From Dendrobates tinctorius (Eukaryota), in the NCBI RefSeq assembly GCF_039654945.1, contig NW_027361960.1, forward strand, positions 17,484,001-17,548,000: DNA of 64,000 bases. Direction: 5' to 3'. The notes below the pieces were generated by a model. The model was given only the letters and a program-made list of their open reading frames with translations, did no database searches and was not told the DNA's origin. The position numbers and the translations under genes are program-made. Shown here in pieces: positions 25,375-37,530 of the stretch (position 1 is the stretch's first letter; every line of letters starts with the position of its first letter).

Positions 25375-25457
25375 GTTATCCGAAGTTTCCGGTGTAATGT
25401 GCAGGGCTTCAGTAAGATTTCCGGTGTCCAGGAACAGACAGCTTGCCTTGGAAACAG

Positions 25458-25497
<40 letters not shown>

Positions 25498-28131
25498 CAG
25501 CGCCTCACACAGTGGTGAAAAAAAAAGCCTTACATTTTATTCTGCCTCCTGTGGCAATGTTTCGGTCCGAAGACCTTTTTCAAGCATGGACCGAAACGTT
25601 GCCACAGGAGGCAGAACAAAATGTAAGGCTTTATTTTTCACCACAGTCTGAGGCGCTGTCTTTTTTATCTATTTCCAAGGATGGACTCCCTGGTTTTGAC
25701 ATGGGCCTTTACAAATCTGTCTTAAAGACTTTAACTCTTATAGGGTGCGGTTTAACTTTGTTTTTTGGTATCAGCTTGCCTTGGAAGACTTCCGGGGCAT
25801 AGAAAGTGATGCAAAATACCAGCGTATGCGCAATACTAATTTTATGCTTTGCCCACAGTTGGGCAAAGCATACTGCGCACGTGCGAGGGCCCTTCTCAAT
25901 GCGCACGCGCGGAAACCCTATGTGAACGCAGTAATAAGAACAAATGCATAGGGCAAGACAGGAAGTGGGGTGGGGGAGAATAAGCCCCGCCAGTCCGACC
26001 GGACCACGGGATTTGCATACATCACAAAGGTGAGGGGTCAGGGGCTATGAAAGATACTACTAGAATACTTATGGGATGCACAACTGGGTGATATCTTTAC
26101 CTGATATCACAAAAAATGGGTGACAGATTCTCTTTAAAGGGTCGACATTGACTTTTAGGATTGCTACTTCCAATAGGTAGCACTAGAGTTCTAGTCCTCT
26201 TCTTTGAAGAGAAAACTTGCATGGATAGATTATGTAACTCATTATAGTGTATGGAACAATTCACACATTTGTGGATTTTTATTGAGAACCTTGTGTCCCC
26301 TAAACAGAAATTGGTTGTATCAGCTTACAATTACTCCAAAAAATGAAACCAAAAGAAGAAAACTCCCATCTCTCTAATTATCATGAGCAGTGCACACAAA
26401 CATATTTGGTAGGGCACAGTTCCCAGCCTACACATGTGCACATAATACCAATACAAAGCACTAAACTTCGCTTCTGGATTGGATTTTTGAAGATAAACCA
26501 GAGCAGTAAGTGGGAGCCCACTATAATTTCTATAACACTGGCAGAAAACTGTGAATTGTACAAAATAACAATCTCTGTCGTAGCAGCAAATTATATAGTG
26601 AGAGCAGTCAGCCATTAAGACCTTCAACACTGGCATTTCACAATCTGCCAACAATCAGGGCTGGCAAGGCAGTTTCTTCAAATTGTATATATAAAGGTGG
26701 GTGGATGTGCTCCTATCAGCGGCATCGGCTACTGTATCGGAAATTTGCTCGGTGTTGATTTATTATGCCAGTGTTGTTCCACTTAATTAAAATGATGTCA
26801 CACAAAATGCTCTGGCAAAATAATTTCAAAGTGCATTAGCTACAGGACACTGGAAAGGCCAAGAGGAAGAGGGGAAAATACATTCATTAACCCTGCTGCT
26901 CAAATGCCGCCCTTCACTACCCTGGCACAATTATAAATCTGTCAAGTCGCACTTGTTTATGGGAATTAACTTTAGGGTTCGTATGCTTTAGGATATGAAG
27001 TGCAATGTAAAAAATGTCATAGGACTCTGCAGCCATAACACACAATTACTTCGGCTAGCTAACAGCACGGTTACAATATTGCACATTGTGCGCTCGTCAT
27101 TCATTGACTCATTTTCTAGGAGAATCTGCTTATTAAAAATAGTTGTGACAGCATGAGGAGCCACTCCTGCCAGTGCATCTGCTGACAGCACTTCACATTT
27201 CTACAGAGACCGCGGCTGCCTGTTCCTAGAACTGGCCCGAGTACAGGAGGCCATACATGTTAGATTAGCTGACGGCAACACCCCGATGGACAGGCACGTG
27301 GCCAAGTATGCTGAATCAGGGCGAGCGGGGATGCAACGTATAATGCTCCCAGCTGATATTGGGAGGCAGAAGAACCATGTATGACAATATCTGCATTCTA
27401 CTAGTTTAGTTTGTGGGGATAAAGGGGGAAAAACAGCAAGTCTACCATTTTGTGTCCTAATAAAGGACTAGAATCGGAAATTATTTGATCACTTTTGTAA
27501 CACTCTACATAACATTTTTCCAGCCAGTGTAAGACCTTCACTTTATTAGGTACCCAGCAGCAATGATGCCACATTCAAATGCCAGACTCATATTGCAAGA
27601 TGTCATGGGCTAAAATGGGCTAATAACCCCCTCCTACTGTCAAACATCTTAAAATGCCATCTCCACCATCGACTATGGCATCTAAGAAGTTAAACAGTGG
27701 GGATCAAAGTTGGCTTCAGACCAGGCAGTTGTGGCACCTTCAGCTGTTCCTGTACAGTGGCCATATTTATTCAGCCGAGGTCATAAACGCACTCACCTGT
27801 TAGTCACTGTTCACATGCCAACATGACAATTTGTAACAGATTTGGTAATAAAAAAAAAAAATCAAACTTCACCCATTACAACTGGAGCAAAAAACGCTGA
27901 AAATGGAAACCAGCCGTCATGAACTTTTGTAATAGGTTTCAAATTAACCAGGTGATATCTTTTTATGATGGCTGAACAAAAAAAGTTGCACAACCTACAT
28001 TTTTTTTTACCAGGTTTTCATAATGTCAAAACACATTTAAAAGTGACAAACAGTGAACATAGCCTTACAGATATAGATTTCATATGGTATTAGGGTCTAA
28101 AGTGTCCCAAACTACTGCTCCCACCTTCACG

Positions 28132-28334
28132 GTAAGGGCTCATACTCACATGCGAGAAACTCGGACGAGTCTCGCACGTCAATACCTGGCACTGCTGCCC
28201 GGCACTGGGGAGCGGAGCGTTCAGCTGCATAGAAATACATGCAGCTGAACGCTCTGATCCGAGTGCCGGCGGCAGTGCCGGGTATTGACACGAGAGACTC
28301 GTCCAAGTTTCTCGCATGTGAGTAAGAGCCCTTA
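28132..28334. mobile_element. Short near-perfect hairpin MITE (Harbinger-type)
   Basis: taagggctcatactcacatgcgagaaact ... agtttctcgcatgtgagtaagagccctta. Confidence 0.85.
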
Positions 28335-29538
28335 GTGTGCACATAGCACCAAGTGCACAGATTCCCTCTACTGGAAAACAACCTACTTGAACCTCAACAT
28401 GCTAAATCCTGCTTTACTCCCCTTTCTCTGTGTATGCTGTCAAGGGAGAATTAGGAGAACCTTGAGTTCAAGTTATTTAATGAGAATAGATACTTTTATT
28501 TTTCCCGAAGGTCAATATTCCCACTCACTTGTGCCACTATCCAATCTTTCTATAACACAAAAGGACAATGGAGGACTAGAGCTTCAGAATGTGAAGTTCA
28601 AGGAGGACAATACATGTAGATATTATTGAGATAGGCACCGATCTTCTAATTATAGCAGATATTCATCACATTGACAATTCAGAATGATTAATAAGAACAC
28701 TTTACCCAGTTAGACTAATGAACGATGGGAAGAGGATAAATAGCACAATTTACATAGGATCGGTCACCACATTTCACAATACCAACTGCATGTGATACTA
28801 AAAAAGACATCTTTGATCTGATTAAGATACGGCACGTACAGCATGTATGAAAGTAGGACTCAAATGCAGCTTGCCAATTTCCAAGCATCTCCAGTGGTGC
28901 TCCAAATGTAAAAGATGGACAGAGCAAAGATGACAAAGAACAAGAACCAATGAATTTGCATTGTGGTTATGGTTTGTAAACAGGGAAAGTAACGAACAGC
29001 TCTTGCCGCTCACAATGATGTACAGATTTCCCTATGTGACCTCAAAGCTGAGCCACAATTCTTTCACTATAATAGCTGCACTTATTCATTTACACACAAG
29101 ATGTAATGAATGCAGGCAACAGTGACATTATTATTCTGTAATCAAACAATAAGGAGCAATTCACAGTGACATGATTTACTACTGCACCACATACTGTCGC
29201 CATAGCTGTGACCAGGCATGATGCCTCCTGACGGATGGATGGATGGAGGTAATTTTTACTTTGGCTTTCACAAAATCATATTTCTTGTTGATTCAGGACA
29301 CACCACATGTACAAAGCCACAATGGTCAGACCCCACCCCTATATTTTGTATTTGAAATGCCTAATGGGTATGTGCAAAGGTCATTATCAAGAGAGAGCGC
29401 GAGAGACCTCATCTGTTACACATGGTGGATCCTGTGTGATCGGCTGTGTACAGAGACGTTACCGGACATTGGAATCCTGCCTCGGATAACAAGGAGCCTT
29501 GCTGGAAACTCTTCCTAAAAGGACAGGAAGTAGAACTC

Positions 29539-29957
29539 TAAGGCTACTTCCACGCGGTTAGTAATCGGCAGCGCTTTGGATGCACCACATGTCTGTTGCA
29601 GCCAAACGCTTCCGGCTTTTGTACGCAGGTGATTCCGTTTGTGTTCACTGAACTGTGCAGAATCTCCGCATCCTATACACTGGATGAGTGAAATTTATCT
29701 TGGCGGAGGCTCACATCTCCGCATGATAAATAGACATGCTGCGGTCTGGAAAGACGCACCGCATGTCCATCTCCGCAGGGAAGCAGTGGGTGTCGGACCA
29801 CACATAACAGACATGAGATTTCTTGAAATCCCATCCACTATGCTGTAACATCTGACCACTGCGGATGTACGCAGCATCCAAATGGCAGCGTTTACCAACC
29901 GTGGGAGCGTGCTGCGTCCAAAGCGCTGCCGATTACCGACCATGTGGACATAGCCTA
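29539..29957. mobile_element. Harbinger-type MITE
   Basis: taa-ggctacttccacgcggttagtaatcggcagcgctttgga ... tccaaagcgctgccgattaccgaccatgtggacatagcc-taa. Confidence 0.8.
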
Positions 29958-31998
29958 AAATATTCCTAGTGGCCAGTGTGAAAATTGCAAGGTTACTCAC
30001 ATCCCCACTATTCCCTCTTGTGAGCAGGGCCCTGACTCCTTGCTTGACCCACATGAGTGTAGCTCCATTATGTCTGATAGTCTGTAGATGTGCCCTATGC
30101 ATTGCAGTTCTGAATCTATACCTCGGCATTGTAGAAGGATTATCTTCAATGTAATTCAGAACCAAGTTAGTATGTGAGATTTTGAAAATCTTAATTTTTT
30201 TTTTTTTTTTACCTATTGTGCAGATTTTGGAATCTGCAGCATGTGATTTTCGTCTGCAGATAACACTTAGTTATACTTTGTCATCAGGAGGAGAGTGGTG
30301 CCAATGACAGTGCTGCTGGGATGTGTGTCAGTTATGCACCCGTCCTCTCCATGCAAATAAGACAATGTGCAAGTGAGTAGGGTCCAACAAACCCCTTAAA
30401 CAGAAATAGTCTGAACAAGGGCAGGTTTTGCATGCATCTTCCCCATTTGATGCCTTTTTGGTACAGATTTTAATTCAGTTTATTGAAGATCAGAAAACCT
30501 TTATTTGTGCATTTAAAAAAATTAACCGTTTCCATGTTTTTTTTTCATTAGCAATGAATACTCCTCTCCAGCAAGTACCATATAGTCTACGTGGAAAGAA
30601 ACTTATCTATATCATTTCAACATTGTAATATTTGGTGATGATGAGATGTTATTTAGTTAGTAAGCTCCCTAAAGTGCAATTAATCCCCGGGTTCATCATT
30701 TTGTTGCACTAATTAAACATTTTAACGAAAATGGTCAAAAAGTACGCAGAAGCTGTTTATCACCGCTGCCCTTTGAGCTCCACAATACTCCGAGGACTGG
30801 AGGCTTTAGATGTGATAATTATGGAGTTCTTGAGTTTGACTAAGAAGCCACAGAGGAACACCAGTAGTGAATTTCACATTAATCAGAGTTAACACTTTTT
30901 TTTTTTATTAAAGCTGTAATTATAAATTAAAAAACATTTATTCATTTGTGAGACTAAGGGAGAGCAGTATAACATTGAAGAACATTCAGATGAAAGTCTT
31001 CGATTAAGTCAATTTTGTTAAATACTCTTCAATTAACAATTCAACAGAGGTTTTACCAAAGAGAAGGAAAAGTGCTAGCGCAAAGCTTTGTCATGTGCAG
31101 AATATTTAAAGCCTTCGTCATGTAAACATGGAAACGGATTGAGTTTTATGTATAACAACATTTTTTGGAATCTATCAGATTTTGCAGCTTACAAAATGTG
31201 ACTTCTTGGGTCACAAACTGAACAGTGTAGACGGGTTGAAGTTGCTTTTTGAGGAAAAAATGACTCACTGTACGAATTGTTTTTTTTCTAAAAAAAAACA
31301 CTCAAAAGGACTCTGCAGTGTTAGATACAGATTAAAATGTAAATATAAGGAAAAGATTAAATTATCTGCTTTTGGTCACGTAATCATATCCCTGACATTA
31401 AAAAATGAGCAAAACCACAGGAAATGCACCCTGGCGGCCATTTTTAAAGGGAACCGGTTGTGAAAAAAAAAAAAAAAAAAAACTATAAACCTACCGCTAT
31501 AGAGTTAATTTGTAGGTTAATAGCAATCTGAAACTGTCTGGGCCCACACTGAGAATCCCGCTGCCAGGAGAAAATGAACTTTACTCCTCCCAGCAGCCTT
31601 GGGCTTTCAGTCACAGGTGGACAGATGCGGCTTTAGTCCCCGCTCAGTGTATAGAGTGGCTGCTACAACCACACCCCAGCACTGACTGACAGCCAGCCAT
31701 CTAAAAAATAAATAAAATACAGACTGTAATGGTATGGTCACATGTGGCAGAGATTTCTACGGCTAAAAAATGTATTCCCTACATTTAAATAAATCTCCAA
31801 AAACCAAATTCAGATGAGTAGGACAGTCACAGAAATTTCTGCAATAAATAATTGTATGAACAAACTAATTAAAAAAAAAAGTTAAGGAACTGAAAAAAAA
31901 AAAAGTACAAATTTCATACATAACGAAGAAAAACATTAAAACTACAGCTCTTTTTCATCGAGGCTGGCAATGTTCAAGCTGCCGGTCTTGATGAGGAA

Positions 31999-32272
31999 TA
32001 GTGATGAGTGAATGTGCTCTGATAACACCTTATCCGAGCACGCTCGGGTGCTATCCGAGTATTTTAGGCGTGCTCTGATATTAAGTTTGCATCCCTGTGG
32101 CTGGATGATTTGCGGCTGTTAGTCTGACCACATACAGGGACATCCTGTTTGTTAGGGAACCCCCACGTGTTCAGACTGTCTATCAACCGCAAATCATATA
32201 GCCACAGTGACGTGAACATAATATACGAGCACTCCCAGATGCTTGGATAACGTGCACGTTTGCACATCACCA
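31999..32272. mobile_element. hAT-type MITE with 8-bp TSD (family also at 49907-50215 and ~5640-5773)
   Basis: ATGAGGAA directly repeated at 31991-31998 and 32273-32280. TIR tagtgatg...catcacca. Confidence 0.85.
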
Positions 32273-33711
32273 ATGAGGAAGCATGTTGGAATCATCCTTC
32301 TTAATGAATCAGGAGTATCCGGCCAAGTGGCGTGTGCCTTTGCGCTGTGCCAGAAATCTTACTCTAGTCACTGACTGGAGTAAGACTTCTAGAGTAAGGC
32401 ACTCTACAGCGCATCTTGAATTCAATAAGCTGTGGCGTTCCGCTTCCACCCAGCTCATTTGGCAAAACTGGGAGAAACTGCAGTGAAAACACCGTAAGTC
32501 AGTACATTTATTGCATATCCAAGATTTTGCAAGCCTTTGAAACGTTTCATGCCAGTTATCAGGGTGTAGAAGCACTGATTAATAATGGTCTAGGTGATAA
32601 AACCTGAAAAGGTGTCAGCTTTACTGAGCAGTGTGAGATCTCAGCAGCCGAGAGGTGGAGGGACGCGGAGTAGGAATAAATCAGGGCCAGGCGGGTGGAG
32701 CTTTGAGTTGATATTTTAAAATTTACTATAAAACCATTCTGACATGGATTTTAAAGTAAATATATCAGCCTCATCAGGTTTAAAAGCTCAAAGAATGTAT
32801 GCAGCTTGTATTTCTAAAATCTCATGACAATCACTTGATGCACATCACTTGATGTAAATCAAAGGGATTTGAACGCTACTGATTTTAGAAATCCACACCA
32901 CTCTTGGGCTCTAATACTACTGTATCACATGATCAGTCCGAATGTCCAAAAAGCACCAGGGGTTGACGATTACATCACATGATTTCAGAGCTGTTGACAG
33001 GCTTCTTGGGATACACTGACTCCAGCGAACTTGAAGTGCTCTATTTTCAGCTCAAGGAAAATAATGTGCACTTAAAACCACAATTCTAGATATATGAGGG
33101 TATACTACCGTCTCTCGTTAAGAGCATGACCAAAGAGCAAACAAAATTGTGGTGGAAAACAACTAGTCTGTTGGTACATGGGGACACGAGGCATTTACTG
33201 GTAAATTTTACTTCTACGACTGGCCAACAAGATCTCTGAAACATTATTTACAGCCCCTTAAGTTTATACTGGAATATATATTTTTATTTTCAGCCAGAGA
33301 CTTGCAGAAAATGTCAATTTTTTTCGAATTGTGCCATTGCATTTAAATTTAAAAATGAAAATCGAACAACAGAAACCTATTTCATGCTTGGGAAATTCTA
33401 TCCCAAATCTATTTTGGGGAAGCTTTAAATGGACACATTATCGCAGGGATGCAATTCTGTCGCCTTTCCTGAAATATTATTTGTCAATGTCAAGAGCCGC
33501 AGTAACCTTTAGCTGCTGGGTTCAGTGGCTGCAATGTCCCAATGCTGTTGGCTTCTAAAAGTACCATTTTGGTTACAAAGACAAGACCATAAGAATAAAA
33601 TCTGTGTACTACAGCACAATTATAAGGTCACCATCTACTAATATCCACGACACAGGACAAAACGGCTACCAATTAGAAATAGATACATTAGAACAACCAC
33701 AGAATTGACTA

Positions 33712-34048
33712 TTAGGATGTGTGCACACGCTGCGGATTCTGCTGCGGATCTGCAGCAGTTTTTGCTGCAGTGTACAGTACCATTATATTCTATGGAAATC
33801 CAAAACCGCAGTGCACACGGTGCAGATTTTTCCGTGCGGATTTGCTGCGGTTTCAAAACCGCAGCATGTCACTTCTTTTTGCGGATTCCGCTGCGGTTTT
33901 ACACCTGCTCCATTGTACAGGTGTCAAACCGCAGGGGAAAACCGCAGGCTAATCCGCAGATGAACCGCAGGTCTTTTGACCTGCAGATTTAGCTGCAGAT
34001 TTTGCAAAACCCGTGCGGAAAAATCCGCAGCATGTGCACACACCCTTA
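33712..34048. mobile_element. Harbinger-type MITE
   Basis: tta-ggatgtgtgcacacgctgcgg ... ccgcagcatgtgcacacaccc-tta. Confidence 0.85.
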
Positions 34049-34305
34049 TAGGGTCATGGCCCGTCACTGTGGTCAACAGCATACACACAAAAAAAAAAAA
34101 TCTACATGCTGCTCTATTTTTTCATGTCTGTATCAGAACCTCTGATGCACATGTGAACCTGGCCTTATAATACAAGATTAGAGGGATATTCCCATTGGCA
34201 AGTGTTATGAGTGCAAATTATCAGACATCCCTTGAAAGTAGCTCTGCAGAATGGAGCTTTATTCATTCGCTGTAGGACCTCTGAAAAGAGCAGAGTACAG
34301 AGTTA

Positions 34306-34644
34306 AAGAGGTTGTCCACCACTTTTTCATTGATGACGCATCCTTAGGACAGGTCATCAATGTCTGATCAGTTGGGGTCAGACACCCAGTACCTCTGCCG
34401 ATCAGCTATTCTCTGTGTCAGATTGAACTGCTCGATTGTGAAGTTGCTCAGTCTTCCAATAGTGGCCACGGCAGGGTGCTACATATCCGCCTCCTATTCA
34501 AATCAATAGGAGGCGGATGTCTAGTAGTCTGCTGTAACCACCATCGGAAGACTCTGTAGCTCCGCAATCAAGCAGTTCCTGCCCGCGGCTGCCGCCACTG
34601 ATCCTTAGGATAGGTCATCAATGGAAAAATAGTGGACAACTTCT
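34306..34644. mobile_element. T2-type MITE
   Basis: ttaa-agaggttgtccacc ... gtggacaacttct, with a palindromic interior. Confidence 0.7.
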
Positions 34645-34768
34645 TTGAGCCACCTCCGGCAGTCTCATAGAATGACTAGATCATTCCAGAGCCTCATTTG
34701 AGATCGGTAGACGTCCCAGTGATCAGACCAACAGCAATCTGCAAGTTTTCACCTATGGCTTGGATGCC

Positions 34769-35570
34769 TAAAGGTACTGTCACACTTAGCGATGTACCAG
34801 CGATCCCGACCAGCGATATGACGCGGTCAGGATCGCTGGTACATCGCTAAGTAGTCGCTAGTGAGCTGCCACATAGGCAGATCTCACTAGCGGCATCGCT
34901 GGGGACGGGGATCGCTACTTACCTGTCACACCAGGCGATCCTGCGTCCTCCCGCCCGACTCCACGCGTCGCTCGTCCTCACAGCAGGAAGCCCAGCAGGA
35001 AGCTGACGACGAGAAACGGTCCTGAACGTTCTCGCGCGATCAGCGATAACCAGCGGGTCGCTGGTAAGTATCAGACACAGAGATATCGCTAGCAATATCG
35101 CTAGAACGTCACTAGTTATAGCGATATTGCTAGCGATATCTCTTAAGGCCCTTTTACATTTAGCGATGCACCAGCGATCCGACCAGCGATCCCACCCGGT
35201 CAGGATCGCTGGTGCATCGCTAAATGATCACTAGTGAGCTTTCACACAGAAAGATCTCACAGCGATGCAGCAGCGACGCAGCGCACGATACTTACCATTC
35301 ACACACAGCGATCCTGCGTCCTCCCGCCCGCGTCCAGCGTCGCTCGTCGTCACAGCAGGAAGTCTCAGCAGGAAGCGCCCGACGAGAAATGGAGCCGGAC
35401 ATTCTCGCGCGATCAGCGATGGACAGCGGGGGAGCCGGTCGCTGGTAAGTATCACACATAGCGATATCGCTAGCAATATCGCTATAACGTCACAAAACCA
35501 GTGACGTTTTAGCGATATTGCTAGCGATATCGCTTAGTGTAAAACCCCCTTTAGTGTGACATGCCCTTAA
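34769..35570. mobile_element. Harbinger-type MITE with a related MITE (35144-35552) nested near its right end
   Basis: Outer ends ggtactgtcacactta / tagtgtgacatgccc. Inner ends ggcccttttacattta / taagtgtaaaacccc-like. Confidence 0.8.
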
Positions 35571-36132
35571 CTTCAAGCAGCTGATCTGTCATGAGATACC
35601 TTCTGCCTGAATATGTTAAACCACAGACCAACAGCTCCAGGTTTTACACACTGGAAAGAGGCACAAACCAATGTGGATTATAGCCCAAACATTGGTAACA
35701 GTTACATTTATAAAAAGTGTGAAGTCTAAGGGGTGCTATTATTTATGGAGTAGCGCACACCTGCTTAGCTATATCCAGGACTCCCACAGAAGTCAATGGA
35801 CAAAGCTGCACATGCATCCTCAGTAACAGGCACTAGGGCATGATAGATGCAAGTGCCACGGCTGGGTCCTGCACCTATCAAAAATGTATGATCTTTTCTG
35901 TAGATATTCCTTAAGTGTCCAGATGAGAATACCACCTTCAAGGGGATTGTGTAATCCAGACAAGTCTTTGCCGTATTAACCAGAGCAGTAACCTCTGCAG
36001 GATCACAGCCGGCAGGTTTAGTGCAGGAATAAAGTGAAAATACACGATGGCCACTGGTAGCATCACACTAGCCCCATGACATCACATATCATCAAGAAGA
36101 AAATCACACACACGATTGAAACATATACTTAC

Positions 36133-36281
36133 ATCTGGATATTCTTTTACAGGCACATAAAGTTTTTCTTGTAACTGTACAATAGGTCCAATACCGTCAG
36201 GCAATTCTGCACTTCGCCTGTCAGGGTTGCCACTGCCATTTAATGTGTCATTGTACATGTCTTTCCGTACCCTGCTGATCT
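36133..36281 (-). CDS. qki: QKI (quaking, STAR/KH RNA-binding protein) coding exon 2
   Basis: Translates to (E)[49 protein letters not shown], the end of QUA1 and start of the KH domain of QKI. Acceptor tccatgcag|AG (phase 1), donor GAT|gtaagt (phase 0). 149 nt. Confidence 0.97.
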
Positions 36282-36853
36282 CTGCATGGAAGCAAACAGA
36301 AAACACAATCAATAGCTGCCAGCTACAAATATAAGGGTACAGAATCACAGATTACAGATTTACTGGGGGCGTCAGGAGGTGTACCCCAAAGAGTGGCCCG
36401 TTATAGCTAGCCCTGGTGGGGTGCAAGTGCCAGATTCAGGACATTTAATGCACGTGGTAGGTTTTATCCATTTTCATTCACTCGCTTCTTACAATAACCT
36501 GACACAAATAGCTGCTTGTGGATCTATAGAAGGAAAGGTTGCGATAGCCTGCTCCCAATTTACACAATTTGCAAGTACTGGGCTTTAATTTCAGGGTATT
36601 TTTATAGTGTTATTTCTTTTATAAGTGAAAACTATGAGTAAAGTAGCCTGCTCCGTCATCACAACGGGAAAGTTGGGGGAAGGGAGCGGCCTGCCGAAGT
36701 ATTTCACAGTCCCAGAAGGCAGTTACTTTTACCACTCAATTGCACAGTTTTACTTTATGTAAAAAAAAAAAATGCATTTCCAGTCTTCAAAATGTGTAAA
36801 ACTCGTGTCTCCAAATGAGATAAATGGGAGTGGACCCCGACTACAACCTACAC

Positions 36854-37530
36854 TTAGGCTGTGTTCACACACAGCGGTTTTTTAGCGGCATTTTTAGCGG
36901 TTTTTCCACTAAAACAGCTATAAAACTGCTAAAAATAATTTCTATGCATTTTGCACTTTTTGTGCACACTGATGCATTTTTTTACCGCGACAAAAACGCA
37001 TCGCGGTAAAAAATGCAGCATGCTCATTAATTTCGCGGATTTTTCCGCATTTCTGGCTATTTCTATGCTTCTTGAACACGCGCAGAAAAACGCATAAAAA
37101 CTGCGCGTTTTCTGCGCAAAAACCGAGCGGGAAAACACGCAGAAAAAATGCGCGGTTTCTGGGAAGGGAGTCAGGTTTTTCAGCAGAAATTTTCTGCTAC
37201 GTGTGCACTTAGCCTAAGGCTGTGTGCTTACGTTGCGGATTCTGCTGCGTTTCCGCAGCGGTTTTGGCCCTGCAGAAACGCAGCAGTTCCGCTGACATGG
37301 TACAGTACCATGTAACCCTATGGCTTTTCAAAACCGCTGTGCTCACGCTGCGTTTTTTTCCGCGCGGTTTACAAACCGCAGCATGTCAATTGTTTGGGCA
37401 GTTTCCCACCTTTAACATAGTAGAGGTGTGAAACCGCAGGCTAAACCGCAGGAAAACTGCAGGTCACTTTACCTGTGGTTCCGCGGGAAAAAACCCGCTG
37501 GTGAATCTGCAACGTGTGCACATAGCCTTA
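36854..37530. mobile_element. Two abutting Harbinger-type MITEs (36854-37216; 37215-37530)
   Basis: ggctgtgttcacac...gtgtgcacttagcc-TAA-ggctgtgtgcttac...gtgtgcacatagcc-tta. Confidence 0.85.

Larger units (their letters stand above)
23641..25671. repeat. ~2 kb composite fold-back inverted duplication
   Basis: 23641-24330 is the reverse complement (with one internal deletion) of ~24783-25671. A perfect 58-bp palindrome at 24328-24385 forms the axis. Confidence 0.9.
3483..36132 (-). other. qki: qki intron 2 (32,650 bp, GT-AG)
   Basis: Lies between the two in-frame exons. No intervening QKI coding sequence is expected or seen. Confidence 0.9.

Noticed and set aside
36082-36348. 88-aa ORF as a stand-alone gene
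   Set aside because: Only 36281-36133 is coding (qki exon 2). The rest is intronic read-through.
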